The translations under genes and the position numbers were made by a program. Shown piece by piece: positions 11,501 to 24,746 of a stretch of 64,000 nucleotides of DNA. Under the pieces are notes generated by a model. The model was not told where the DNA came from, searched no databases, and saw nothing but the letters and a program-made list of their open reading frames with translations. Source of the DNA: Leucoraja erinacea (taxonomy: Eukaryota); contig NC_073399.1 of assembly GCF_028641065.1 (NCBI RefSeq), forward strand, positions 27,218,001 to 27,282,000, given 5' to 3'. Each line of letters begins with the position of its first letter. The stretch's first letter is position 1.

Positions 11501-13599
11501 AACCTGAGAGACAGGGAACCACAGTCCCAGTTGAAAAATCTGAAATATTTTTGAGTTTCATAATTTTACATTTTTTCTGTTTGTATTACAATACAATTCA
11601 CTCACCCCGAACCAAGCCTCTTGGCTGTTGGTTTGCTGACATGTTGCTGACCTGGAATTTGTTGTGTGAGATTATTGCCATGGTGCTGCGATGCATTTGA
11701 TGCAGCATAATAGCATGCCCGGCAGATTGTGTAGGCTAACGCATTAACGGCATTAGTAACAGGAATCTCGCAAATGCTAACAAACACATCGCTTATGTGT
11801 CAGTGACAGGCTGTTGCCCAGGTGTGTTGTTTCAAGGAGGGCACGGGAGCAGTGACGGTCAAGCTGCCTTGTCCGCTCTGGCCGTTTTGATTTTGTGACC
11901 AAATTTAGTGAATAAGAAAAAGCCTAAAATAGTAACATTCATGCACTAATCACACGAGTTAAATCATAAAACGGAGATAGTTCCAACTGTTCATCACTGG
12001 GGAAGTTTGAGAGGGCCGTGGGTGAGACAAGGGACGGAGTTCCAACACCCGCCCCTGTAATACACAGTGCTGGAAAAACTCATCAGGTTAGGCAGCATCT
12101 AGGCAGGGGGTGAACAGGCAAGATTTTGGATCGGGACCCTTCACTCTGCTGGGATTTAGTTTAGTTTCTTGTCACGTGTACCGAGGCTCAGTGAAAAGCT
12201 TTTTGTTGCGTGCTATCCAGTCAGTGGAAAGACTATACATGATTACAATCAAGCCGTCCACCCTGTACAGATACAGGATAGTGCAAGATTAAGTCCAGTA
12301 AAGTCTGGTTAAAGATAGTCTGATGTCTCCAAAGAGATAGATGGGTGGTCAGAACTGCTCACTTGTTGTTGATTGGATGGTTCAGTTGCCTGCTAACAGC
12401 TCAGTTCAGATTTGAACATGCTTTTGGGAAACACCAAAACATTTTTTTTTTTAATGCTGATTAAGAAATATATCTCCATACCTCACTGGGGACTAGATCT
12501 ACTGAGCTATGAGAAGTCCTTGTTTTGAACGTGAAGTGATACTGTTATATATTGCCCGGCACCCTGCACCTGGGCTGAATTACATCATGAGATCATGATC
12601 TGAGCAGAATTGGGTCATTTGGCCCATTGAGTTTGCTCCGCCAATCATGGCTGATCTATTTTTCCCTGGCAACCCCTGCCTTCTCCTGCCTTCTCCCCAT
12701 TACCTTTGACGCACTTACTAATCAGGAACCTATCAATCTCTGCTTTAAAAATACCCAATGACTTGCCTCCACCACCACCTGTGGCAATGAATTCCACATT
12801 CATCACCCTCTGACTAAAACAATTCATCTTCATCTTCATTGTAAAGATGAGTCATTTTATTCTGAGGCTGAGCCCTCTGATCCTAGACTCTCCCACTAGT
12901 GGAAACACCCTCCCCACATCCACTCTATCCAGGCCTTTCATCAAAAAAGGGCATGCCCTTCCAAAGTCGGCCCAGTGTACATGGTTTAAAGGGAGCACCA
13001 TTTAATCTGCTCAAGTTTGAAACTAAATCCAGGTTCTAACAATGAAAGATGGGTTTATTCTGTCATTGCTTCACCGTATCGTCTACCAGAGGGGATACCT
13101 CAGTCTGTTTGTTCACCAGTGATGTTTGGTTCCCTGGATAAATGCAATGTGTGGTCCAAACCAACTAATCCTGGAGAAGGTTTGCGGTCAGAAGGAGCGG
13201 CATTAGGCCATTCGACCCCATCAAGTCTACTCCGCCATTCAATCATGACTGATCTATCTTTTCCTCTCAACCCCATTCTCCCATCTTTCCCCTATAAACC
13301 CTTGACCCCACAAACACAAACTAGACAACAAAATGGCAATTGAATGTAGATGGAAAACAAAAGAAATAGCATTTTACAATTTGGACGGCACATATTCCAG
13401 GCATCCCGATGCATTTATAAGTATTAAGCATATACAGTATTACACTGTTACCTCAATTACTGCCGAGGGAAATGTATTCACTGTTTATTAACGCTCCAGT
13501 ATAACTGAATGCATCTTAAGACAAATTCTTCACAGTAAGCTGCAATTTTGAAATTATTTTCAAGCTTTGAACAAAAAAATATTGTTTTAGTTCTGGCAA

Positions 13600-14110
13600 A
13601 AATTATCAAGTCATGTGTTTACTTGTCAACAGAACAGTCAAATTCGTACTTGCTGCAGCTTAACAGGCCCATTAGTGCAATAACACACAACAAATATCTA
13701 TTAATCACTAATACAATAAATTAATAACCCATCGTACTAGATAACTATAATAGTATATAAAACTAAACCCTGTAGTGCGACCAAAAGCACCGTCCGTAGA
13801 AGATCACAGTTGAGGTTAGTGTTGTGCAGCGTTCAAGTGACTGATAGTTGCCCAGGAAGAAGCTGTTCTTGAACCCAGAGGTCATGGTTTTCAGACTCCT
13901 GTACCTTCTCCCCAATGGTAGCAGTGAGATGAGAGCATGGCCAGGGCGGTGTGGGTCTTTGATCATGCTGGCTGCCCTTTCGAGGCAGCGACTCTTATAA
14001 ATCCCTTCGATGGTGGGGAGGTCAGTAGCTATGATGGACCAGGCAGTGTCTACCGCTCTCTGTAACTTCCTTTGTTTCTGTGCATTCAAGTTACATAACC
14101 AAGCCGTATT
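13600..14110 (-). mobile_element. Rex1/Babar-like LINE 3' fragment
   Basis: KLQRAVDTAWSIIATDLPTIEGIY...DPHRPGHALISLLPLGRRYRS. Related fragments at ~22870-23200(-), 27440-27775(-), 40085-40550(+) and 58200-58740(-). Confidence 0.75.
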
Positions 14111-14632
14111 TGCTTTCAAAGTCACAATCTATTTATCATTTGGCCTGCAGAGCAGCTATTACTTTTAAAGAATAATATTTACTGGATGAAGAGTTTCTGA
14201 ATTAGGTACTGGCTTTATTATTAAGATCCGTACTCCTAGAGAGGATATGGGGTCACTTGCATACAGAGCTTATTTCAGAGCAGGAGTAGGCCACTCGGCC
14301 TGTCGATCCGTCCCTGCTGTACAATGTGATCATGGCTGCTCTACCCAGCCCTCATCTCCTCTACTCTGCCAGATCCCCGTCCCCCACAGTTCCTTGTTGA
14401 ATGTCATCAGTGATCCAGCCTCCACAAGCCTCCAGGTGTGAAGTTCTCTCTGTCCATCAGTTGTAAATGATTGCCCTCAACATTCTAGCCATATCTCCTT
14501 GTTCAAGATTCTCCTGTGTATGGAGGATGCAAGCAGAGGGCAGGTTGTACTAGTTTTGTCTTCTCTCAGTCAGCATCGAAGAACTTGCACGGAGACTTTC
14601 TTCTATTCTTACCGATTTATTTTCCTTCACAG

Positions 14633-14758
14633 ATTTACAATGAGATGATCCGGGATTTACTTAATCCGTTGTCTGGCTTCTTAGATCTACGAGAGGACTC
14701 AAAGGGAGGGATCCAAATTGCAGGAATCACTGAAGTGTCCACCATTAACGCCCACGAG
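14633..14758 (+). CDS. KIF19: KIF19 exon ~6: IYNEMIRDLLNPLSGFLDLREDSKGGIQIAGITEVSTINAHE
   Basis: Acceptor ttttccttcacag, donor GAG|gtaaag, 126 nt. Kinesin (E)IYNE.IRDLL motif. Confidence 0.97.
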
Positions 14759-14873
14759 GTAAAGTACAAATTTCACTTTTACTGGAGCAAAGCACAATGC
14801 GCTGGAGGAACTCAGCGGGTCAGGCAGCATCTGTGGTGGGAAGGGGCAGGTGGTGTTTCGAGTCGCACGTTAA

Positions 14874-15393
14874 TGGGTAGTTTACACGGGGCGACTTGAC
14901 GCAAGATGTAGCCAGAGTGGAGTGGTCGTGGTCTAGCACGATATCACACGATATAACGGGGGGGTAGACCAAGAGTTCCCACGGTACTCGGCAATTCTGT
15001 CATTTTTGCGAGTGACTTGTCCGACTCCCGATCTTTCCCGAATGAACATCGTGGACTGTAGTGTAGTTAATCACGTGGCACAAATGATGTTACTTTGTTG
15101 TCACACACTATATTCGTTTTATTCTCCCGAGCTCTTTAATGAGCTGAAGAATAATCTGTTTTTTTAGACAAATGTTGTTTGGTGTGATGCACCTTCTCTC
15201 ATTATGTGCAAGAAAGAAGTCGTCTTTTTATTTTGTCAAATATGAATAAAGACTGTATCTCACATTGACCGTGATTATTGTGTTTTTTATTCTACTGAGA
15301 GGTGAAACTTTCAGTCTGAAGTTTCAGCCCGAAACGCCACCCGTTCCTGTCGATCCGTCCCTGCTGAGTACAATGTGATCATGGCTGCTCTAC

Positions 15394-15447
<54 letters not shown>

Positions 15448-16578
15448 CTCCCCTCTCTCTCCTCTCTCTCTCTCTCCCGTCCTCCCTCAGTTCCTCTGTC
15501 TCGTCTCTCTCTCTCATCAGTGATCCAGCCTCCACTCTCTCCTCCAGGTGTGAAGTTCTCTCCACCACCCCCCCCCCCCCCCCCCAACTCCCACCCACAC
15601 ACGCGAATGCTGGAGAAACTCAGCGGGTGCAGCGGTGCCGAAACGTTGTCTATTTCCTTCGTTCCATAGATGTTGCCACCAACATTTTAGCCAGCATTTC
15701 TCTCTGTAGATGCTGCCTGGCCCGCGGAGTTCATCCATTCACGCCTGTGTGAGAGGGGGGAGGGAGAGAGAGAGAGAGAGAGAGAGAGACAGTCCTGGTC
15801 AGTCCTTTGAAGATAGACACCAGTTGCTTGGAGCAACTCAGCGGGACAGGCAGCATCGAAGAAGGAACGGGTGCGTTTCGGGTCGAGAGAGCTTTCATCT
15901 ATTCTCTACACAGGCATTTGGAGGAACTCCGCGGGCCAGGCAGCATTTACGTTCCTTCACTCCAGAGATTACGGCCCGTGAGTTGCTCCAAGCAACTGGT
16001 GTCTATCTTCAAAGGACTGACCAGGACTGCCTCGCTCTCTCTCTCTCTCTCGTCTGTCCATTTCTCTCTGTGTAGATGCTGCCTGGCCCGCGGAGTTCAT
16101 CCATTCACGCCTCTGTGAGAGGGACTGAGAAGAGAGAGAGACGCAGGTGGATCCAAATCTTACCTGCCTGTTTCAGGACAGACACCCACCGCCAGTGAAG
16201 TCTTTCAGACCACACACATTAATGAAATGCTTAGCTAGTTTTATTAGATTTGTATGTAAATAGCAAACTGGCTGGATTCACTCTATCCAACTTCTGGGTT
16301 CACCGTTGGCAGGAGTTCCCACGGTGACCGCAAGAGTTACTACGGATATCGCACGGGACACTTCGTTCATAAAATGTTGCAATGCTCAACCACAAGTGCA
16401 CAAGACACTCTTGGACAAATTCAAACATGTTTGAATTTTCTCCCGAGTACCCAAGGTACACGATTAACTGCCGTTAGCGCCACGGTGGTCCACGAATGCC
16501 GTATTGTTACCGCACGAGGTTCCCACGATGTCAAACTCTGGTTACCTCTTGCGTCAAGTCGCACCGTGAAAAGGGGGT
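14874..16578. mobile_element. Non-autonomous DNA transposon (probably Harbinger-like) with nested repeats and (CT)/(GA) microsatellites
   Basis: Subterminal inverted repeat tttacacggggcgacttgacgcaagatgtagccagagt vs actctggttacctcttgcgtcaagtcgcaccgtgaaa. Exact ends are degenerate. Confidence 0.7.
15393..15516. repeat. Interrupted (CT)n microsatellite; (GA)n at ~15764-15789
   Basis: Directly visible dinucleotide runs. Confidence 0.9.
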
Positions 16579-18029
16579 TTTACTTTCTTGCTACAGTCCT
16601 TGCATGACTTCAGAGGCAGAGACGATGAAAAAGGGAAGATTAATAATTTCATGGAACAGTGTTTCGTTTGTGACCATTCACACCCGTATGGCACCTGCAT
16701 AATATTTAAAAAGTCGATTTTCTTGATGTTTAATGATTCAATAGTACTTTATTGTCACAATACCCAAGTAAAGTGAAATTCATTTAGTGTTACAGAATAC
16801 AGTTTGTGACAATCCAACTATACACGGCACATTCACACTAACCTACAAGTGTAAGATAGTAGACCACACTATAGTCAACTTTTTAGTTTAAAATATAGAT
16901 GTTCTACTTTTTCATTATTAGTTTATTGAATTAGAAGTTGATTGGTCACAAAAAAAGGGCGGCATAGGGATGCAGCATTAGGGCTGCAGCCTCACCACGC
17001 CAGAGACCCAGGTTTGATCTCAACCTCAGGTACTGATTGTGCGGAGTTTGTACGTTCTCCCTGCGATCTTGTGGGTTTTCTTTGGGTGCTCCGGTTTCCT
17101 CCCACGCTCCAAAGACGTACAGGTTTGTAGGTTAATTGCCTTCGGTAACAGCAATTGTAAATTGTCCCAATTGTGTAGGGATAGATCTAGTGTATGGGGT
17201 GCTCGCTGGTTGGCATGGACTTGGTGGGCTGAAGGGCCTGTTTCTGTGCTGTACTTCTAAAGTCTAAAATCAAAATAGTATGGAGCTATCTTGTGTGGGA
17301 AAGAACTGCAGATGCTGGTTTAAGTCGAAGATAGACACAAAATGCTGGAGTAACTCAGACAGCATCTCTGGAGAGAAGGAATGAGTGACGTTTCGGGATG
17401 AGACCCTTCTTCAGACGAAGTTTACGGGCAGCATTTTGTCTACAAAAAAGCCCTGACATTGAGGATCGGGCTGAATTGAGTAACTGAGAGAGAAGTTTCT
17501 TTGTTGGAGGGACAGAGAAACTCAACGAATGGCGCAGTCCTTATATGGGACAGGGTGGGTTGGAGAGGAGTCAGTGGCTGTGGGAGCAAGAGATTTGGAA
17601 TGGATGCTGGTAGCTCACCCCGCACATCTTTCCTGTGGTTTATCTGTAAATATTATCCACCCCACTTGGCTGCCTTGTGTCTACCATCAAAGGCAAATCA
17701 TTAATTGGTAAGAGCGCACTAAAACAGCAATAATTGTCATTCAAAACCAATTCAGATTAGATTACCACAAGGTCTGCAGATGAATCAATGGACAATCAAT
17801 GAAGGGTCACGCTCTCCTGTCATTTTACTGCTTTCCTGAGTAAATACTCTGTTTAATTGTCAATGTATTATTTTTTGGAAACATCGCTGCTTACTTGCTA
17901 TGAAAACCATTCTACCTAATGAGATGGTGCATCAATATTGATCACGGTGATCGATGCTGCAGGAAATGCATTCTAGGTTGGAGTTAAAGCTTGTGTGCTC
18001 TGAGGTTTGGTGCCTGTTTTGGTTGTGCG

Positions 18030-18565
18030 ATCTAGAACAACGAACACAGAACTGTGCATCACAGGGACAGGCCCTTCAGCCAACAATGTCTGTGTCGAAC
18101 ATGATGCCAGGTTCACTCCACTACTAGCACATTGATCCATATCCATCCATCCATTCCCTGCATCTCCATGTGCCTATTTAAAAGCTTAAACGACATTATC
18201 ATATTCTCATCCATCATCTTACAGTGCGTTCCAGGCTCCCACCACTCTCTGTGTAAAACAAAAACTTTTCCCGCACATCTCCTTTAAACTCTTCCCCCTT
18301 CACCTTAAAGCTATGCCCTCTAACGTTTGACATTTTCACCAATGGAAAAAGATTCTGACTGTCTATCCTTTCTGTGCCTCTCGTAATTGAATATACTTCT
18401 ATCTGGCCTTCCCTCAGCCTCCGACACTCCAGAGAAAACAATGCAAATTTGTCCAACCTCTCCCTGATACTAACACTCCTTAATCCAGGCAGCAGCCTAA
18501 ACCACTTCTGCACCCTCTCCAGAGCCTGCACATGCTTCATATAATAGGGTGACCAGAACTGCACA
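18030..18565 (-). mobile_element. CR1 LINE 3' fragment
   Basis: QFWSPYYMKHVQALERVQK...FSLECRRLR on the minus strand, plus a 3' end shared with the SINE tail (gaagggcctgtccctgtg). Confidence 0.8.
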
Positions 18566-19871
18566 CGTCATCTAGCAAGATGGTACATGCTTGAGACCCA
18601 TGGCCTTGATTGCCAGTGAGCGACTCCCCTTCATCTACTTCCCCTTGCAGGGTGCATGGGAAATAATCTGGTCATTCTGGGACAGGGGTCGCACAGGGTG
18701 TGGTTGAGGGAGTGGGAGACCTGCTGGTGGAGGTTGGGACACAGATCTGATCCTCGTCAGAAGTCAGGGTGCGAGTGCAGCCAGAGTTTCAGAGGCTCAG
18801 GAGTCAGGGCTGGAGTTTAGTTGGGGATTACCGGCCAGATTACAGAGGGTGTCCCTGGTGTTGGGAGGTGCCTGGAGAGGGAGCGAGTCAGGAAGGCGAG
18901 GGGTGGGGTGGGAACCGATGCTGTGGAGCTCCCAGTCATGGTCTGAGTTGCTCCACTAGGCCAGGGCCGTTCCATCAGATTTCCTCGGCATGTATTCGAC
19001 ACATTTCACGTGTCTTTACGTCATTTCATGCACACGCACAGCAGTGTCATACGTGACTGGAAATGCCCGGTGCAATATCCAACGTGATGTGGTTCAGCCC
19101 AGAGGTTGTCCAATTACTCTACCGCAGAACTAACTGATGTTGCAACACGCATTGCTGAAATTAACACAACAAAGCACGCCCACCCGGGTATCTGACTGTT
19201 TCATCATCATAGAAACAGGGAACTGCAGACACTAGAATATGGAGTAAAAAACAAAGTACTGGAGGAACTCAGCAGGTCAGGCAGCATCTGTGGAGGGAAT
19301 GGACAGAACATGTTTTGTGTCAGGACCCTTCCTCAGAGTTTGAAGATGGGTCCAACTCGAAACATCACCTATCCATTCCCTCCACAGATGCTGCCTGACC
19401 CTCTGAGTTACTCCAGTACTTTGTGTTTCACTCTATTTCAAGATCATATTCCATTAATTAGATTAATCTAGCAGCTTTGGACAGTTTTACATCCTCCTTG
19501 CCTGCAACATGCCGACTATTTTATTTGAATAAATCACCAACTCACCTTTAAATATATATTAAATTAAATAACAAATAATTGTTTCCTCCCTCGGTGTGTT
19601 GAGGAGGGAATAGTCAGAGATAATGCTTCCTTTCCCAGCAGACTTATCAAAATCACTTCAGTTAGATCACCACTTCCACGTAAGCACCTGTTGTCATGCA
19701 GACACTTGTAATGATAGTGCTTTACTGCAAAAACAAGTGCTTGCCATCATGTTGTTCATTGAAGCTGTTGAAAGGAATGATACAGTAGGAACTAAGAGGG
19801 AATTAGATAAGGCTCTTGATAGCACTCATTCATGGAACTTAGCAAACGCCTTGTTTAGAATGAGTTTGATG

Positions 19872-22149
19872 CCTCAATATAATTATGGAGAGGGTCAGAA
19901 CTGGACCTAGGGTTGAGATTTTTGATTGGAGAAAGGCTAACTTTGAGGAGATGCGAAAGGATTTAAAAGGAGTAAATTGGGACAGTTTGTTTTATGGGAA
20001 AGATGTGGAAGAGAAATGGAGGACATTTATAACCATATAACCATATAACAATTACAGCACGGAAACAGGCCATCTCGGCCCCACAAGTCCACGCCGAACA
20101 ACTTTTTTCCCTTAGTCCCATCTGCCTGCACTCATACCATCTATCTATATCTATCTATCTATCTATAAAACTCTGGGGCCATCCGACCGACTGCTGACCG
20201 GCGCCCTTCCTGCCTTTCGATTCGTGCCCGATACTCGCAGATGTCCAATCGGAATGGCCGATGCTCACAGATGACCAATCGGAATGGATTCATTTGCATG
20301 TACGGCTGCCGGCTGCATTTCTTCCTTTGATTCATTGCCACGCCCAATCCAGACGCTCAATCTCCGAGATATTTTCCATTTCGGTAGAGATTTCGCTTTT
20401 CTTTCTAAGTATCCACTCCTCATTTCATTTTGTCGTGTTGAAGTACACGTTTTAAAACAAATCCTTCTCCCCGCCCCCCACCCGCCCACAAGAATTTCAA
20501 AAATAAACAGGCTTCTCCATTTACATGTCAGCTTCCAACACACTTCGAAACAAAGTTGCAAGACAGGAACACTGAACTTTTCACTGCTGCAGCAGGCAGG
20601 GGAGGTGCCATTGGATTTTTTTTTAAAGAGGCAGGGCAGTGCTGGAATCTTACTTTTGAGAACGGCTTCAGTTCCATTGGAGGAGACGGGTGCATGGTGG
20701 AATATTGGTTTGGGGTATTACACCATTAGGTGAGCAGACCCGACAGGTCTGCGCTTGGGATAGTCTATCTATCTATATATATATAAAACTCAAATCAGTC
20801 CGCCTGCCGTCCGGCTGCCGCCCGGCTGCATTTCTTCCTTTGATTAATTGCCACGCCCAATCCAGACGCTCAATCTCCGAGATATTTTCCATTTCGGTAG
20901 AGATTTCGCTTTTCTTTCTAAGTATCCGCTCCTCATTTCATTTCGTCGTGTTGAAGTACATGTTTTTAATCAAATCCTTCTCCCCCCCCCCCCCCACCCC
21001 CAAGTATTTCAAAAATAAACAGGCTTCTCCATTTACATGTCAACTTCCAACACACTCCGAAACAAAGTTGCAAGAAAGGAACACTGAACTTTTCACTGCT
21101 GCAGCAGGCAGGGGAGGGCTGCAATCTTACATTTGGGAACGGGCTCAGTTCCAATGGAGGAGACGGGTGCATGGTGGAATATTGGGCTGGGGGATCACAC
21201 CATTGGGGGAGCAGACCCAACGGGTCTGCACTTGGTCTAGTATATCTATAAAACTCTGGGGCCATCCGACCGACTGCCGACCGGCACCCTTCCTGCCTTT
21301 CAATTCGTGCCTGATACTCGCAGATGTCCAATCGGAATGGCCGATGCTCGCAGATGTCCAATCGGAATGGATCCATTTGCATGTACGGCTGCCGGCTGCA
21401 TTTCTTCCTTTGATTCATTGCCACGCCCAATCCAGATGCTCAATCTCCGAGATCTTTTCCATTTCGGTAGAGATTTCGCTTTTCTTTCTAAGTATCTGTT
21501 CCTCATTACATTTCGTCGTTGTGAAGTACACCTTTTTAATCAAATCCTTCTCCCCCCCCACACCCAAGTATTTCAAAAATAAACAGGCTTCTCCATTTAC
21601 ATGTCAGCTTCCAACACACTTCGAAACAAAGTTGCAAGACAGGAACATTCTGAACTTTTCACTGCTGCAGCAGGCAGGGAAGGTGCCATTGGATTTTTTT
21701 TTAAATCCACTGCTGAGGGAGGCAGGGCAATGCTGGAATCTTACTTTTGGGAATGGCTTCAGTTCCATTGGAGGAGACGGGTGCATGGTGGAATATTGGG
21801 TTGGGGGATCACACCATTGGGGGAGCAGACCCAACGGGTCTGCACTTGGTCTAGTATATCTATAAAACTCTGGGGCCATCCGACCGACTGCCGACCGGCG
21901 CCCTTCCTGCCTTTCGATTCGTGCCCGATACTCGCAGATGTCCAATCGGAATGGCCCATGCTCGCAGATGTCCAATCGGAATGGATTCATTTGCATGTAC
22001 GGCTGCCGGCTGCATTTCTTCCTTTGATTCATTGCCACGCCCAATCCAGACGCGAGCATTCCATTTGCATGTACGGCTGCCGGCTGCATTTCTTCCTTTG
22101 ATTCATTGCCACGCCCAATCTCGTACACGTTTTTAATCAAATCCTTCTC

Positions 22150-22181
<32 letters not shown>

Positions 22182-22835
22182 CCCCCAAGTATTTCAAAAT
22201 ATTTTAATCCACTGCTGAGGGAGGCAGGGCAGTGCTGGAATCTTACTTTTGGGAACGGCTTCAGTTCCATTGGAGGAGACGGGTGCATGGTGGAACATTG
22301 GTTTGGGGGATCACACCATTGGGGGAGCAGACCCAACGGGTCTGCACTTGGTCTAGTAACATTTAAAGGTGAAATTTTAAGAGTACAGAATCTTTATGTC
22401 CCTGTTCGGTTGAAAGGAAATAGTAAAAATTGGAAAGAGCCATGGTTTTCAAGGGAAATTGGACACTTGGTTCGGAAAAAGAGAGAGATCTACAATAATT
22501 ATAGGCAGCATGGAGTAAATGAGGTGCTTGAGGAGTATAAAGAATGTAAAAAGAATCTCAAGAAAGAAATTAGAAAAGCTAAAAGAAGATATGAGGTTGC
22601 TTTGGCAAGTAAGGTGAAAGTAAATCCAAAGGGTTTCTACAGCTATATTAATAGCAAAAGGATAACGAGGGATAAAGTTGGTCCATTAGAGAGTCAGAGT
22701 GGACAGCTATTTGCAGAGCCAAAAGAGATGGGGGAGATATTGAATTATGTGAGGTAAGGGAAACAAGTATAGCTATGGAAACTATGAGGATCAAAGAAGA
22801 GGAAGTACTGACACTTTTGAGAAATATAAAAGTGT
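19872..22835 (+). mobile_element. CR1 ORF2 fragment (19872-20028 + 22361-22835) interrupted by an inverted CR1 3' end and the Helitron array
   Basis: ...EEKWRTF|KGEILRVQNLYVP...NPKGFYSYINSKR reads through when the insertions are removed. Nearly the same sequence as 46100-46625 on the minus strand. Confidence 0.88.
20140..22356 (+). mobile_element. Tandem array of four non-autonomous Helitron copies (~480-620 bp each)
   Basis: Begins A|TCTATCTATATC...TATAAAA. Units end GCAGACCC-AAC-GGGTCTGC hairpin + ACTTGGT + CTAG at 21240, 21854 and 22356, with a degenerate end at 20763. Right flank is T, no target-site duplication. Confidence 0.85.
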
Positions 22836-24519
22836 CATGAAACAGTCATATAAATATGTAAAAGGAAGCTCAATATTTTTTTTTTAAAAACAACATGGTG
22901 CAAAAAGCAAAGCCTAAAGTTTTTCGTGCATCCCAGGCAGCTTGTAGTTCGGAGATTAGTTGATGTTTGTAGTATTCAAGAGACTGATGGGTGTTGGAAA
23001 GAAGCTTTTCCTCACCCTGAGCATTTTGGTTTTGAGGCTCCTGTACCTTTTTTCCCGATGGCAGGAGTGAAGTGAAAGCGTGGCCAGGGTAGTGTGGGTC
23101 CTTGATGATGCTGGCTGCCTTTTTGAGGCAGCACCTCCAGTAGATCCCTTCGATGGTGGGGAAGTCAATACCTGTGATGCACTGGGCAGTGCTCAGCAGA
23201 TCCAAGGTCAACATTGAGCTTGGGCCACTGGAGCTGTGGGGAGCAATGTAAACTGCAGCCTCATCTCATGGCCCCACCTGTAACTAGTTACATTACACTG
23301 TGAATGCTAAAAATCCAAAACAGAGACAGAAGTTGACATATGTACTCAGCAGCTCAGATCCTGGATGTGGAGAAAAACACAATTAATGGACGAGATTCTG
23401 ACCAAAAGGACACAAAGTACTGGAGTAACTAAGTGGGTCAGGCAGCATCTTTGGAGAACATGGGTAGATGAGATTTTGGGTTGGGACCCTTCTTCAGACT
23501 AAACATGCAGTAGGTCCTTCTGAATTGATAATGGAAGATAAGAATGACAGATGAATTCAACCAGCATTTTGCATCACTTTCCCTGTGGAATATAGGTGTC
23601 ATTGCTCAGAATTACAATAACTGGGGCATTAGCACATGACGCATTGCTGGAGCAGCAACCAACCCATCCTCATCAAGTTCATCCTAGGGTTTTAAAAGTT
23701 GCTACAGTAATAGTCGAAGATACATTGCCTCCACAAATGCTGACTGACCCGTTGAGTTCCTCCAGCACATTAAATCTTGTTCAAGATTTCAGCATCTGCA
23801 CTTCCTTACACCTCCATGATAATTGATGCATGGATTCAGTTTTCTAAAAAGCCCTCAAAGTGGACAGGTTCCACTAGATCAGTAAATGGCAAATGTAACT
23901 CCTTTCTCCAAAATGTAGGGAGGTAGAAATGACAGGCCGTTGGCTGAACAGAGGGAAGATGCTTTAATCTCATAGTAGAAGGTGATTCAAAATAACAGGC
24001 AAAGTCAATGTGGTTTTGTGAAATGTATTGGAGTTCTTTGAAGGTAAGATGTGTCATGGATTATGTAAGGAAGGTTCGCTGGTCGGCAGGTCCTCCTCCA
24101 AAGGCACATCAATTGACGGGATCGGGAACCTGCCCGAAGGCTGGTCAGACGGTGTAACCGGGAGGGAGTTGGAGGCATCGGACGTGAAGAGCAAGGGCCG
24201 GCAGGAGGCGTCCCTGGGATACAAAGATGACCAGGCAAGGAGAGGAGAGGGACATTGGTTCTTGTGGGAACTGCTCCAGTATATCCTGGGCCGACTGGAA
24301 TATGGACTTTGAATAATGGCGCCAAAAATGGTGGCGCCATCATGTGTAATATTTGCAAAAAGAAGTTCACTCTGCAGGTGTATAGGTGACTAACAAAAGC
24401 TCCATTGAAGTCTAATTAAGGAGAAGTTGCTCTGCTCAGATGGTGTGGTTAATTTGTAGAATTCACATCCACGAGAGTGAATTAATACATAATCCATATC
24501 CTGCCGTTCTCTCTGGCAG

Positions 24520-24714
24520 ATAATGCAGCTGTTGATGAAAGGGAACAAGCAGCGGACCCAGGAGCCAACGGCTGCCAACAAAACCTCCTCTCGGTCGCAC
24601 GCCGTCCTACAGGTGACCGTAAGGCAGAGGAATCGCATCAAGAACATTTTGCAGGAGGTACGAATTGGCCGCCTGTTCATGATTGACCTGGCTGGATCGG
24701 AGAGAGCTTCACAG
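24520..24714 (+). CDS. KIF19: KIF19 exon ~7: IMQLLMKGNKQRTQEPTAANKTSSRSHAVLQV...LFMIDLAGSERASQ (switch I and switch II)
   Basis: Acceptor ttctctctggcag, donor CAG|gtaagt, 195 nt. NxxSSRSH and DLAGSE motifs. Confidence 0.98.
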
Positions 24715-24746
24715 GTAAGTCTCTGCAATATGCAGCCTCTCTCTTA

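Noticed and set aside
20690-21865. 391-aa ORF (and overlapping ORFs on both strands) with internal repeats
   Set aside because: It reads across Helitron unit junctions, has no Rep/helicase or other recognisable motifs, and the equivalent frames in sibling units are broken.
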